Shown: positions 25,257 to 39,574 of the stretch, one piece after another | How the letters are laid out: each line of letters starts with the position of its first letter | Position numbering within the stretch: position 1 is the first letter of the stretch | From: Octopus sinensis | Lineage: Eukaryota | NCBI RefSeq assembly: GCF_006345805.1 | Contig: NC_042998.1 | Span: 126,604,001 to 126,668,000, forward strand | Length of the DNA stretch: 64,000 nucleotides | Direction: 5' to 3' | Position numbers and translations under genes: made by a program | The notes under the pieces: model-generated | The model's database searches: none | Told to the model about the DNA's origin: nothing | The model's input: the letters and a program-made list of their open reading frames with translations, nothing else

Positions 25257-26616
25257 GCTATACAACATTTCGCTAAAATATCTCTTTTCAACTCAATTTT
25301 CTCAAGAATTAATCTACGTCCTCTTGAAAAGAAACTTCTGTAATTGCTATCTTTGTGGCTTCACCTGATCGCCTCATCTTACATCCCAGAATTTTTTCAT
25401 TTAATTTCGATCGGTTGCCTACTTTTGAGGACAAGCTTTATTACTGGCTCTATTTAACTCTTGTTTAAGTGTTATTAGTTTACATTTTATATATTTTCTA
25501 TTGATGTTTCTGAACATACATGTTTTCCTTCTTTTTCCGTTTTAATTGGTAAGAACTACAGATTTTAAACATTTGATCACCTCATGAGATGAATAATCTC
25601 TTTTTTCTTTTTAGTTTCACAAATCCATGATGGTGTTTCTTCCATCGTTTTATATACACTTGTTTCTTTATTGCCTCAAAAATGATCCTTAACCATTATA
25701 TCAAGGGGATATAAAAGCATTTATTTACCAAAAGGCAGTTAATTCATTACTTGTATATATGCTCTTCTTATATCGTTAAGCAGTGTCGATATTAGCTCTG
25801 TGGGTTTTTTTATTGATAAGTTCAATAATGTTTGATGTGCAGCTGTGATTTCGGGAACTAAACAACCATCTCTTATGTTTCATTGAAATACTTTTTAAAT
25901 TGGTATGGTAACTCTGGCTTCTACTTTAAACTGCAGCAGCTGTAGGAAATGGCCAGTCAACTGAAATAAGGACTGCTAATGGACAAAGCTAGTGTGTGGT
26001 CTCACATGGCATCAGGGTTACTGCAAGCATTTCTGTTTTATTAGAAATATCAAGGCATATATATTTATACATATATAATGATTCGGAACACACATGCATA
26101 CATACTCACACACATACACACACACATACACGTCATGTATGTAGCTGAATTTGATTATATGCATGTATTCACAAGATTCCCCATAATACATGCAGATAAA
26201 AATGCAAGAGGATTTACGACTTCTTCGTCCATACAGCACAGATTGTCAGATTACAAAGAATGCCATCATAAGACTAACTCATAGCAACGTTCTGTTACTA
26301 ATGTAACTTGTTGCAAATAACTGCAGGTAATTAGAATTTATCATTGGCTCCTTTGAGGTAAAAGCTATACAGTTTCCTGAAAGGATTTTCTTCTACTGAT
26401 GCATATCCAATCGGGTTTTGCAATTTTTCAGTAATACTACCAGCTCGCTATTATGACGGTTTAGAATTCACGTAATAATAAAGGGGACATCTTTCTTTTG
26501 TTTGTAATATTGGATACAATAAAGAATGCGATAAAATTTTGCTTCTGTTTTTGGAATAATCCATCTCAATTATACATTTATACACTGATACTCAAATACT
26601 CGTGTATATGTATAAG

Positions 26617-26732
<116 letters not shown>

Positions 26733-26746
26733 AATGCATACATACA

Positions 26747-26834
<88 letters not shown>

Positions 26835-26883
26835 TATATCTATATATATATACATACATACATACATACATACATACATACAT

Positions 26884-26952
<69 letters not shown>

Positions 26953-26953
<1 letters not shown>

Positions 26954-27146
26954 GGCGTGGCAGTGTGGTTAGGAGTTTGCTTTCCAACAACACGGTTCTC
27001 GGTCCAGTTCTGCAGTGTGACATTTTGAGCTAATGTCTTCTACTATAACTCCGGGTCGACCAAACCCTTATGAGTGGATTTGGTAGACGGAAACTGAAAG
27101 AAACCTGTGGTGTGTGTGTGTGTATTAACACACACACACATATGTA

Positions 27147-27194
<48 letters not shown>

Positions 27195-27642
27195 CCAAGT
27201 GTACAGTATTATATATCCATTACCGTCGATCATACCAGCCGGATTCGTACTAGGGATTCAACGGAGTGTTAAGTAACAATTCGATTATGTACTCCTGCGC
27301 TCATCAGAGGTAGCGATTATGGAATGAAGTATGGCGACTGCTCTCTATTGTTAGAGGTAAATAGACACATCCGGTTTATGGTTGTTGTAAAAAATATGAT
27401 GAAACAAAACGATTGAGTTAAGAGTTATGACCATAGGTAGCAAAACATCGCCACTGGTGTGGCTATGCTGCAAGTCTATAAGAATCTTCTGGAAAAGTTT
27501 GTGGGAATTGTGTGTGTCCTTAAGGTTGGTATTCTTGTGTAAATGGAATTTGTGTAGTGGTACTATATGTATAACTTTTGAAAAGGGTGTGGTCATATGC
27601 ATCGGTGCTCGTTGGTATGTCTTCTTTTATGTATTGGTTAAA

Positions 27643-27718
<76 letters not shown>

Positions 27719-27990
27719 TGTATGTATGTATGTATGTATGTGTGTGTGTTTGTGTGTGCGTGGGTGTGTATGTGTGTGTGTCTGTGTGAATGCGCGAATG
27801 TACGTGTTTTTGTGATTGGCCTCAATCACCGCTTGAGAAGTGGCGTTGGTTTGACGAATGGAATAAGTACCAGGCTTAAAAAAAACATAAGCACTGGTGT
27901 TGAGATGTTCGACGGAACACTTCAAGGTCAAGGCAGTGCCCCAGCATGGCCGTAGTCGAATGACTGAAACAAGTAAAATACAAAAGATAA
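26953..27990 (+). mobile_element. SINE family C split by an expanded microsatellite and a ~450-bp insert (27195-27640, possible PLE-end remnant)
   Basis: Head at 26953-27110 and tail at 27800-27990. The insert carries CTGATGA on the minus strand. Confidence 0.65.
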
Positions 27991-28052
27991 AAGATAAAAA
28001 TATATATAAACGTTATGCATACATATACATATATATAATATATATATATGTA

Positions 28053-28330
28053 CTAGCTGTTGTACCTGGTAATTCCTGGGGTAAAGATGTTCTCTTGAAA
28101 TGCCTTATTACTCTGATATAAGAAAGCAATTTCGTTATTACTGCCACAAAAGGTGTATTTTCCGTCGCGAAAAAGTACAAAAAAAACTATCAGCTGGAGG
28201 AGAGAGAGATTGTTAGAGGTTGGCGAGACAGGTTTTCGGAGGTTGGTGAGAAAGTACTCTGACTCGTCGTGGCATTTTAAAGGTGAACTTTATGAAGGCT
28301 AATTTATTACAGGTAATATATAAATGTAGT
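28053..28330 (-). mobile_element. Possible non-autonomous Helitron 3' end
   Basis: The minus strand ends in a degenerate hairpin CCCAGGAATTACCAGGT about 8 nt before CTAG, followed by T. Confidence 0.4.
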
Positions 28331-28446
28331 ATATATGTTATTAATATATGAATGAATTGTTTTATGTTTAAGAATGAAATGAAGAAAGTGCAAAAATAAC
28401 GTTCATACTCACCGATGCTCGCTCTCAGTAACTGCCTTTAGCTTAC

Positions 28447-28465
28447 GGAGTTCTTGTTTTCATAA
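28447..28465 (-). CDS. Candidate 19-nt coding microexon
   Basis: Acceptor CCTTCTGGCTGCTTTTCGATAG, donor GTAAGC. Phase-compatible with 29045-29171 (reads S-YENKNS). Confidence 0.2.
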
Positions 28466-28542
28466 CTATCGAAAAGCAGCCAGAAGGATAGACATATTAT
28501 TGAGAACAAATGATTTCGTTGGAGGTCTGTTATCTCCATTCC

Positions 28543-28573
<31 letters not shown>

Positions 28574-28599
28574 GCAATAATAATAATGATAGCAACAAC

Positions 28600-28810
28600 A
28601 GTGGTTTTTAAATGCAAGGCCAAAATTATGATGGGAGGGATTAAGTCGATTACACTGACCCCAGCTTTGCAACTGGTATTTATTTTATCGATCCCGAAAG
28701 GATGAACAGCAAAGTCGACCTCGGCGGAATCTGTACTCAGAACGCTAAAACAGACGAAATGCCGCTAAGCATTTTGCCCGGCGTGCTAACGAGTCTGCCA
28801 CCTCACCGTC
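28600..28810 (-). mobile_element. SINE family A, single unit with (ATT)n tail
   Basis: Full head, B box and central block; (AAT)n on + at the tail end. Confidence 0.85.
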
Positions 28811-29044
28811 TTACACGTTTATCTAATATTACGATTACTTCTACTTTAAGAATCTGTCAGAAGGAGAAAACAGTGTCTGAATTTAGCTGAGATCTGCATC
28901 CAGATGGGTTTGTTACATGTGCATCGCTTCCTTTATCATGACAATTGTTTGGATACCTCAATGTAGAGAAATTCTCAAGTTCTCTCAATGACATATTGTT
29001 CTCATTTGAAATTGGCACGACATATAAGAGACCTTTTTTCTTAC

Positions 29045-29171
29045 CTTGACGATCTTTGATAATGATTCCTGAGCGAATTTACTTTAATCTCCTTGGCTGT
29101 GTGAAGTGGTTGATCAACAGTATTGATATTGACGTTCACTGACACTTTTGTACTATAAGCTTCTCTTGATT
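29045..29171 (-). CDS. Candidate 127-nt internal exon, unknown protein
   Basis: AAG|GTAAGA donor, TTGTTTATAAG acceptor, one open frame (SREAYSTKVSVNVNINTVDQPLHTAKEIKVNSLRNHYQRSS). No recognised homology. Confidence 0.25.
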
Positions 29172-29507
29172 CTTATAAACAATACGTTTTCATTTATGTT
29201 TTTCTGGATAGCGGTTCGTCTAGAGTTTCGGTTATTTGAGTAAGTACGCGAAAAAAAGACACCCCCCCCACGAATTTACAGTATATTCTCCTATTAGCTC
29301 TTATCCTTAAATCAATTGACATTATTTACTGTGTTTGAAACCTCCATCTTTGTCATGTCTATGTTTTCTATTTTTGCTAAAATTGGGCCACAAAAAATAA
29401 TGTGATCGACTGGTTGGTTACAGCCTAAACGTATTATTCTTCAGTTATATTTTGTTCTCGGCTTCTTTATGTTTATGGTTTTTTAATTTAAAGAATTTTG
29501 GACCATA

Positions 29508-29601
<94 letters not shown>

Positions 29602-30214
29602 CCTGCCTGCCTGTCTGCTTGTCTCTCTGCTTCTCTGTCTGTCTGCCTGTCTATGTATGTATCTATTTATCTATATATACTACATACATAAATGCATACA
29701 TACATACGTACATACATATACACATGCATATATCAATTCATAAATTTTCAAGTATTCGATGAGAAACATCAGTTTTTTTCTTTTTGTTATATGCAATATC
29801 TTCTATTTAAATCATTTTTTTGTAATATAACCAGCTGCGATGTCTATCTAAATATTTTAGTACGGAAGAACTAGGATCCATATTTGCCAATACACCTCTT
29901 TGTGCACAAGTTAGAAATCAATATTTTTTCTGACACTCGTCGGATATCTGTTATTTGTTTTCGTGTCTGTGTGGCATAAGATTTCGTACTTTCTTTATCG
30001 TGTCATTCTTTTTAATGCTTTTATGTAGTGTGTATTTTCTGTCATCAAAAGTGGGACGTACGGTGACATGTATGTATGTTGTGCATGTGTGTGTGTGTAT
30101 GTATGTATGTGAACACACATATATATCTATGTACATATATGTATGCATGTATATAAGAACACACACACTCTCATATACCTTTACATATATTTATAAATAC
30201 ATTCACGCGCACAT

Positions 30215-32376
30215 TCATACGTTGAATGTACAGATTTCACGAAGTGTGGATAGAATCAACTGTCTTTACACGACCTACTTCTAATTACTCCACTAAACTC
30301 GATACTCCAATAATACAAACTCTCAACGATCTGAACGACTTACTACAACTCCCACGAACTCTCAACAACTCCTACAACCTCTCTCGTCACAACCAATACG
30401 CTACCTTTTATAAGAGTTTGGCTTGTCCATTCTTCCAATCCCACAGCGGTATCAATCACTCCCGCCACAATATATTCCCCTTTTGAGATTGACTTCCATC
30501 GGAAGTTAATATTATTATTTTTCATTTTTTCTTTTCACCACATCTCCCTTTTAGGGAAGTTTAATATTTCTTCCGTTTAGGCACTACTTCCAACCGTTCT
30601 GTCCGTTTCCTCTTTCTTGTGCTGATACGCCTAGGTTCGATTTCTTGTTGCGTTGGAACCTTAAAGGTGTCGTAGAGTATTTCCATGGGTATCTCTTTTC
30701 CTTTCCCGTATATCTATTTTTTAGCTGGTTTAAATGTCATTTGTGTTCCCATTTTCATCTCTTATCATTTAGGTCATTTTGCCTATTCATTTTGTCATTA
30801 ATCCGTCTTCCTAACCTTCTCTTTCATTTTTATATATTTTGAAAAACACCTTGGCACCGATATTAAGATTTTTAGTGTTTTCTCTATTTGTTTTTCTTAC
30901 TGGCAACAGCTTGTCAAAAATTGACTTTATTTTTCGGGAAAACATTAGTTTCGCACGCGACTTGCCTGAACAAGTATTTAGGTTTGGTATTATCATATAA
31001 ACCCTCAAGGACTGTGTCAATGCTGCGTCATCAACTAGCTCGCTTCTTGATTTCTCTAACGCTCTTTTAAATGTACGCACGAACCGTTCTGCTTGCCCGT
31101 TTGATCTTGGGTGAGCCTCGTCAAGGCTTCCTTTTGAAAAACCATTCCAGGATTATATTCGTTCGACCTTTTTTACTCTGCAATGTGAGTTTTTATGTCC
31201 GATTTTTTTGACAGTTAAAACATTAAACATTTTTAAACGGACAGTTATTTCTAAAATGTAGACCTTCGCACCCATAGCATGGATTGGGTCTTGACCTTCA
31301 TTTTCCCTCTTATGTGAGAGTAATAATTTTCTTCGATTTTATTTGCGTCGTGTCGAAGATCAATAATTCTTTGACATTCCTCTGCCATTGCCTGCAGAGT
31401 CAAATTCTTGTCCTGTTCCAATTTTGTCCATATCCTGGCACGCATCTCTGCATCTTTGCTTGCAGTTAATCCTTGAACAAAAATTAGACATTTGAACATG
31501 TCCGGGTTTAATTCTTCTAGTTTGAATTTTTCGCAGTCTCTATTGACGATTCCGGCATAGATGTCAAAATCTTCATCATCTTTCTTTTACTAAATTCAGA
31601 TATTCCCTGCGAGTATTGAACAGGGAACTTTTCTCACTCAAAAGTTTTGATAACAATTGAATTGCTTCATCGAAACAAATTTCACATGTTTTTTTTTTGT
31701 GGAATGTAGTTACAGTATTTTTCGAGTTCGGCAGGGGATAATTATCTTAAAAGTAGTTGTATCATTTCATTGTCCGTCTTTGAAGATCTTTTATATCTCC
31801 GGAAATATGCATAAAAAAGTAATACCTTCTGGGTTATAACTAAATTCTGCAATTTCGTTTGCTACGCCGTCTGGCGAGAACGAACCTGAAGTATTTTTGA
31901 ACTTCAACACTAATTCCAACAACTGTTGGCATTGTTGTCGTAATTGCTGCAGTAACTGTTGTTGCTGTTGAAACTACACCACGGACGCTAATAAGTCTTC
32001 CATGTTAATTAATTTTTTATTTGATTCTGTATCGTAAGAAAATATTAACATCCAACGTAAGCTTCCAATAAACTCGTCGCCACTTTTTTAAGTGGATATC
32101 CTCATCGTCACTTCTGTATTCTTCTATACGTTTGATATACAGATTTCACGAAGCGGAGACAGACACAACTGTCTTCACACAACGTACTTCAAATTACTCA
32201 ACTAAACAAGATACGCCAATAAATACAAATTCTCAATGATCTCAACGACTTCCTACGACTTTCACTTACTCTCAACGACTTCCATGACTTCTCTGTCATC
32301 TCAACCAATACGCAACTTTTTATAAAAGTTCGGTTAGTCCATTCCCACAGGAGTGTCAATGCCTCTCGTCAGAACA
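30215..32376 (-). mobile_element. Internally deleted Gypsy (Mag-like) LTR retrotransposon
   Basis: Two diverged ~250-bp LTRs starting TG (32376, 30469) with TATAAAA; PBS TGGCGACGAG; gag (MFKCLIFVQGLTAS...); integrase C-terminus (GQAERFVRTFKRAL); PPT AAAAGGGG. Confidence 0.85.
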
Positions 32377-32769
32377 GTGTGTGTGTTTGTGTGTGTGTGT
32401 GCATGTATGCGTATGTGTATCTATGTGCTAATGATTACGCACACACAGACACACACATAGACACACATGCATATATATATATATTTATGCACATACACAC
32501 ACATATATGCATGTACAAAGGTATCAGCAATTCGCATGTGACGACAAAAGAGGCAAATCTCAGTATTGATCGAAATAGGAGGCTATATTTATAGAATGAT
32601 GCAATTATAGAAACTCACATACAAGACTTCAACTTTCTTCATCAATGGTACTATGGTCGCTGCCCTTCTTCAACTCTCGCAAGTCCGGCGCCCTTAGCAT
32701 CATCCATTACAGACACTCGGCCATCATATCGTTGACGCAGAAACTTGAAGTTCACACAGTTTCCATTTA

Positions 32770-32910
32770 CCAAGTCCATTAAAAAAACATAGTTAGATCT
32801 GGGGTTATAATAAAAGACACTTATCCAAGGTGCCACAATGTGGCACTGAACCAGAAACCAAGTGGTTGCAAAGCAATACAACAAGCTCCTTAACCACACA
32901 GCCATGCCCG
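32770..32910 (-). mobile_element. SINE family C, 5' fragment
   Basis: Minus strand GGCTGTGTGGTTAAGGAG...GGTTCAGTGCCACA...CACCTTGGATAAGTG. Confidence 0.7.
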
Positions 32911-33268
32911 CATTTATAACATATGTGCACACACACACACACACATCAACTTTTTACTAAAATCTCTTTATTTGACCAATCGCTTTGTTTGCTTCTTTCA
33001 TTTGTTCACATTTTTATTGTTAAGTTTTCAAGGATCTACTTTATGTAATATATAACTCTTAACTGAGTTGTGGAGAGCATTATGTCATAATTAGTGCTAC
33101 TAGGTAAAAGATTGCTCATTCCTGATTTGCATAAGTCAAAATGTTGCGAGCAAAATGGAAGTGATACCTGTGTAAATTATAAAATAATGATTGCTGGAAG
33201 AATGTTTTTCAGTAATCTAGAACGTGGTGCATCACTTTTTAGTTAGAATGATGGTAACAAATATTTTA

Positions 33269-33705
<437 letters not shown>

Positions 33706-34059
33706 ACGATCGGCACGAAGAGGCAAAAATATCACGTTGATGTCTGTTATCAAGAAAACAATAAAAGAACATTATACTTTGTTAAATATCAGCAGCAATG
33801 TACTTTGCTAAATACCAATCAACTCGTGAGAATCGAGACACTTATCACTCGCGGCGAGAGCGATCGTGATACTATTTACATTGCATTGACTTTATCTTCC
33901 GTTCTCTTTTAAATGTCTGTCTATGTGTTTTCAGAGAGCTCTGTGCTCCGATGGCATTCGGTGATCTGGTGTTTTTTCCGACCTCAAGTTGGTGTTTACT
34001 AACGTATGATTCTTTATTCTTTTATTCTTTTCCTTGTTTTAGTTGTTTTGATTTTATCC

Positions 34060-34536
34060 AAACAACTTTTCTGCAAACGGTTTCCGTTTTTTTTTTTATC
34101 GAATCAACATCTTATTGAAACATATTTTCAGAGAACGATTTTTATCGAATCTTTAGAACATTTTTAAATACAGAATAATTTTAAATATAAATCATGGGCT
34201 ATAGATCGCAAATATTTTTAAGATATATTATTTTGTAAAATGATTTCATACATAGGAAAATTGATTGCAAATAGTCGACTATTTCCAACCAATGAAAATA
34301 TTCTGATCATTTATGGCTGAAAATAATAAAGAAATACGTATATAATGTGTAGAACGTTCTAACATTATACATTGAAATTAATGAATAAAACATCCACACA
34401 ATTTTTTATACCCATGCGTACGTAAATTTCCCTCATTGCCACACACGTACACCCACGCACACACGCACACCCACGTACACACGCACACGCATTAATACAT
34501 GTATAGTGAATTATGCACGCATCTCTCTCTCTCTTC

Positions 34537-34572
<36 letters not shown>

Positions 34573-35175
34573 ACCTGTCTGTCTGCCTGTCCATTCAAAA
34601 TACCAATAGACTCATTGATAAGCCTAAACGAATTTTGAAGTTGTATGAATGTTTTTTTTTTGTTACAACATTTTCGGATAAAATTCTATTTTTCTACTTA
34701 TTGAAAATTACTCTATATTTAAAATTGTCACGCATAAATACAGACATACACGCACACACACTACACATATACATACGTATATATTCAAAATACAAATAGA
34801 CCAATTGATTAGCCTTTACAAATTTAAAAGTGAGCTTAATGTTTTTAATTAAGTTTTCTAACGATTTAAACAATTTTTATATTGAAAATTATTCTATATT
34901 TAAAATTGTCCTTTATTTAAAACCATTTTACCAAATAGTATATTTAAAAATATATCTGCGATAAGGAGCACTTATATTAAAAAATTATTCTATATTTAAA
35001 ATTGTCTTTTATTAAAAGTTATTTCACGAAACAATATTTTTATAGAAATATTCAACGAAAAGTCGCTTCAAATAAAAATCGTTCAATGAAGGATCATTCG
35101 ATAAAAATGTCATTCAATGGAATATCATTCGATAAAAAGGCTTTCGATGACTTGACTTTCGATAAAAGGATTTGG
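34060..35175. repeat. Two oppositely oriented ~15-bp-period arrays (TTCGATAAAA motif) flanking ~900 bp
   Basis: Left array 34060-34155 reads TTTTATCGAA; right array 35045-35175 has about 8 units beginning TTC. The interior has three copies of AAAATTA(C/T)TCTATATTTAAAATTGTC. Confidence 0.55.
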
Positions 35176-36226
35176 GATGGACAGTGCCAAAAAATTCGAT
35201 CTGCACTACTTATTGCAATATTACTGATGTGGGAGAAGTGATTCAGCTGTCTACATCTATTGCGTATGATGACAAGAAGTGATCATTAACAACAAGGATG
35301 TTTAAATGAATTGCATGTGAGTAGCCCTTGTGCTTGATGGATGTATTTGGAATGATATCTTTGAGGAAGAAGCTGATTAAACTCAGAGTATTGTCAGTAC
35401 CAGTCATGGAGACTAATATTTTGCTATATATGATTTATTCTACTTTGTATCGACTTATTTCTCATTGATGAATGCAATTTCTGTTACAACATATATTACG
35501 ACAGAATCTGATGTGTGTTTGTGTGGGCGATGTTCTGCAAATTTACATGCTAACGTATGTGTATTTAGCATGGAGAACATCAACCTGGGAGTAATGATGA
35601 AATTCATAATCAGCGTCACTATTGAAAAAGAGACCTCAATATCTGCGAGTGGAGCCTAAGTTGCATGGGAGATAATTACAGAGGGCTGACGCATTAGGAA
35701 GAAAGGTTGAATGAAATGGTTAATGCAGGATACAGAGACACACAATGTAAGACGAGAGGGAGGAAGAGAGACAGGTTTGTTTGATGCGCTGAGTGGTGAT
35801 GGTATACAATTAACTCATTTAGAGGAGCAAAAGCCTTTGGAGTTATAAATAAGCTGAGAGAAAGCAGCGATCCTGTGGTTAGAGGTTGTAATGAGTTGCA
35901 GAGTAAGCTTGTAAGGAGAATATCTTTCTTTCGGATGCAATCTAGAACGTATGTATGTGTAATGATTGTTCGAGATTATAGCACACTCCATTGTAGTTCA
36001 TACTTGAACTTTGTAGTGAATCAGCAACTGATCAGGACTTAGTAGTTTTAAGAGGGTGAAGAGAAGGCTAGTTTCTTTGAATTAAATTAGAGGTGTTATA
36101 TTTATAGCGTCATCAGGAAAGTGAGAAAAAGATTGTGAGGCCTGGCATTTTTAGTAACTCTATAATATTTCATTGGAACAAAATTGTTTCTCTAATACGA
36201 GCAAGACACACACAGAGAAGCATACC

Positions 36227-36315
<89 letters not shown>

Positions 36316-36977
36316 AGTACAGAATGACACACACATATGCATGTTGGTTTTATTTTTGAATTTCTGATGAAAAGACAAAGAGCCGGTTTCCAGCATAGAA
36401 ACAACCGTGTTTCATTGGAATTTAGAGAATATTCTTATGTATGTATGTATGTATATATTATGTACACATGAATTCACAAGTCACACTTGCATACTGTAAT
36501 ACCATACAGACGCACACTAATACTTCTCACAGATATCCGATGAGTAGATGCCTTCGACTTTGCCAAGTATATTAATTATTGAAATTCTAAAATAAATACA
36601 CTCAAATTAATTCAGCAATTAAGAACGAATTAAAAAGGAATCGGTTCCACTGAATTGACATTTTGTCATTTGAATTTGGACTTTGGTACATGACTTCAGA
36701 AATTACAGTAGTTTTTATTAAGTTTGTATCACTGACAGGATATTCCAAGCAAGAAGCACGGAAGGATTCAATCGGTATTATCATTTCAAAATAACAAGAG
36801 TGATGTAGTGAAAGCAACACGCAAAAATTTTTTATCTATTGAAAATGTCATTTTAATTAGTGTAGAAAAACAAATTTAAATCAGTAACTGCCTGACTCTC
36901 TTTAAGCCATTTCAAATATCTAGCAGGTATTCGTCAGAACAAGAACTCTTTATTTAATGCACAGTATTTTAGTAACA

Positions 36978-37035
<58 letters not shown>

Positions 37036-37207
37036 AAAATGGAAAATGTACATAGTTTACATAGTTTTAATATATTTTAAAATATATTTTATAAGTGAAA
37101 GAGTATTGTGTTTGTCGACCGGTTTCTATTTTGATAATCATGACATCGAAATTATTGTAATTTCGTATTTTCTTGGGGATAATCGAAATTCTCCTCCCTA
37201 TTTCTTA

Positions 37208-37249
<42 letters not shown>

Positions 37250-37258
37250 GCATATATA

Positions 37259-37481
37259 TACGAGGCGATGCTAAAATGTTTCTGGCTCTGCATAAAAGAA
37301 AATACAGGAGGATGAGTTAATTATGATTTTATTGAACATCTTCCCCTCTCAAATTCACACACTTATTGCAGCGGTGCTTCAGTTTTTCTAAGCCCCGTAA
37401 AAGAATTCGGAAGGTTGGGCTTCCAACCATGTCTTTACCGACACCCTTATAGTCAGGAACTTTTCAGTACGCTCTCGTGTA
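37259..37481. mobile_element. mariner-derived MITE, ~223 bp
   Basis: TIRs TACGAGGCGATGCTAAAATGTTTCTGGCT / AGTCAGGAACTTTTCAGTACGCTCTCGT; inserted in a TA tract. Confidence 0.75.
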
Positions 37482-37856
37482 TATATACGCCTGCGCATTT
37501 TGAATTTGTTGGCACTAGCAGTTGGAGCTGGTTCATTTGAAGCGACAAGTTCGCCGAGAGGTAAAGTTCCTTCTTTTTAGTGTTTCCAAATCCAAATTAA
37601 GAAATTTTGAGCTGACGAAAGAAATGCTGATTTTATTTGGCTAATCTTGAAACGTTGACGTACTCAAACGATCTATGTACTTGTGATATTTTTCTGTATT
37701 TACCTCCAAACCTTCGTGAGCTGTCTGGAGTAAACATTATCTGAGAGAAATTTTCTTTAAGTAGTAGAAATGGCTAAAAAAATTTCTTTTGGCTGCTATT
37801 TCTACTAAGTTCAGTATGTGGCAAAGTAATTTATTTTACTAAGCCCTAATTATATA

Positions 37857-37903
<47 letters not shown>

Positions 37904-37911
<8 letters not shown>

Positions 37912-38220
37912 GCGATGGATAAATTGTCGCCATATTATGGTTTTAATTTCGAACATGCGCATTATTTGTTTGGGATTTTGTCAACTATACAGTATAGTAG
38001 GGTCAGTTGGGCCCCGTCTGTGAAAAAAACCCCACGATGACGCAATTCCCTCTGCCAAAAATTTGGAAACGGCATGCTGTACTGCTCGGCATTCGCACCG
38101 GTAGCCCCAATACGAGCATTTCAGAGAGTTTGGGTGTCAATCTGAGGACACGTACCGAGAGTGATAAAAGTCAATCATCCAGTGAACATCGTGGTGTTCG
38201 GAGTGGTCACTAGTGATGGT
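37904..38220 (+). mobile_element. Internally deleted maT/DD37D-like Tc1-mariner stub
   Basis: Starts TAGGGTGCGATGG in (TA)n. An HTH-like N-terminus (KRHAVLLGIRTG) is fused to NHPVNIVVFGVVTSDG. Confidence 0.6.
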
Positions 38221-38244
38221 AATATTATGATATATATATATCTA

Positions 38245-38311
<67 letters not shown>

Positions 38312-38556
38312 AATAATATGTATATAATTATATATATATATATATATAATAATATATATATATATATATAAATAATATTATTTATATAATATATGTATAA
38401 ATAATATTATTGATTAATACATATATAAATGATATATATAATAAATAAATGATATATATATAATATATATTATATAATATGTATATATAATATATAATAT
38501 ATATATATATATATAATATGATATATAATATATATAATATATATAGTATATATAAT

Positions 38557-38592
<36 letters not shown>

Positions 38593-38632
38593 ATATAATA
38601 TATATATATTATATATATATAATATATTATAT

Positions 38633-38684
<52 letters not shown>

Positions 38685-38735
38685 TATAATATATAATATA
38701 ATATATTATATATATATATATATATATAATATTTT
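38221..38735. repeat. ~500-bp almost pure A/T degenerate (TA)n
   Basis: Direct reading. Confidence 0.9.
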
Positions 38736-39211
38736 ATAATAATAAGAGAATATCAATTTCGGCGTCACAGGGATGAGATATTCAACTTAAGAATATTAAG
38801 TTCAATTTTTCCATATATTTTTTCATATCGTTTCATATCTTCATTCGTGTTTTTCGCGTAACATTCACCAACATTTTTGTCATTCGTATTAGTTTCCATT
38901 CGTTTCTTAAGCATCCTCTTCATTTGGATATATATATATCTTTTTACTTTTTATTCTTATAATTTTATATTTTCTTCTCATTAGTATATATTTTTTCCGC
39001 ATTCGTATATATTTTCCCATTAGTATATATTTTTCATTTATATATATATATTTTTAAAGCGTGATTCACATTTAATTCTTAATTAATTATGAATTTATTT
39101 ACATATTTATATGTTTTGACATACTAGGAATTTATTTATACATCTGTATAGTTTGATATACCTTGAAAGTTGAAATATATAATGATAGACAAAATTATAA
39201 ACGGGGTGTAG

Positions 39212-39302
39212 GTGGACCTGAAGATTTGAGTTATATATAAGGGAAGTTTCTGTAAGAGACTACGCGTCTCAAAAACAACCTCATGAAACATGTGTAGTCG
39301 AC
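39212..39302 (+). ncRNA. Degenerate type-I hammerhead in an AT-rich PLE-end-like remnant (~38740-39340)
   Basis: GTGGAC-CTGAAGA-tt-TGAG...CTCA-t-GAA-ACATGTGT-A-GTCGAC. Stem I pairs at 5 of 6 positions. Confidence 0.45.
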
Positions 39303-39433
39303 ATCTTTGAATATGAATAGTAAGTACTAAATATAATATTCTATGACATGGTTAAATTTGGGCAAGTGTCTTCTACTATAGCCTCGGGCCCACCAAGCCT
39401 TGTGAGTGGATTTATATATAATAAATATATACA

Positions 39434-39530
<97 letters not shown>

Positions 39531-39574
39531 ATATATATATAATATATATATATACATATATAATATATATATAT

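Noticed and set aside
27215-27312. Hammerhead on the minus strand (CTGATGA...GAATCCGGCT)
   Set aside because: GAAA, stem II and stem III are all broken; at most an ancient relic.
36360-36420. CTGATGA...GAAAC motif
   Set aside because: No consistent stem I or stem II pairing.
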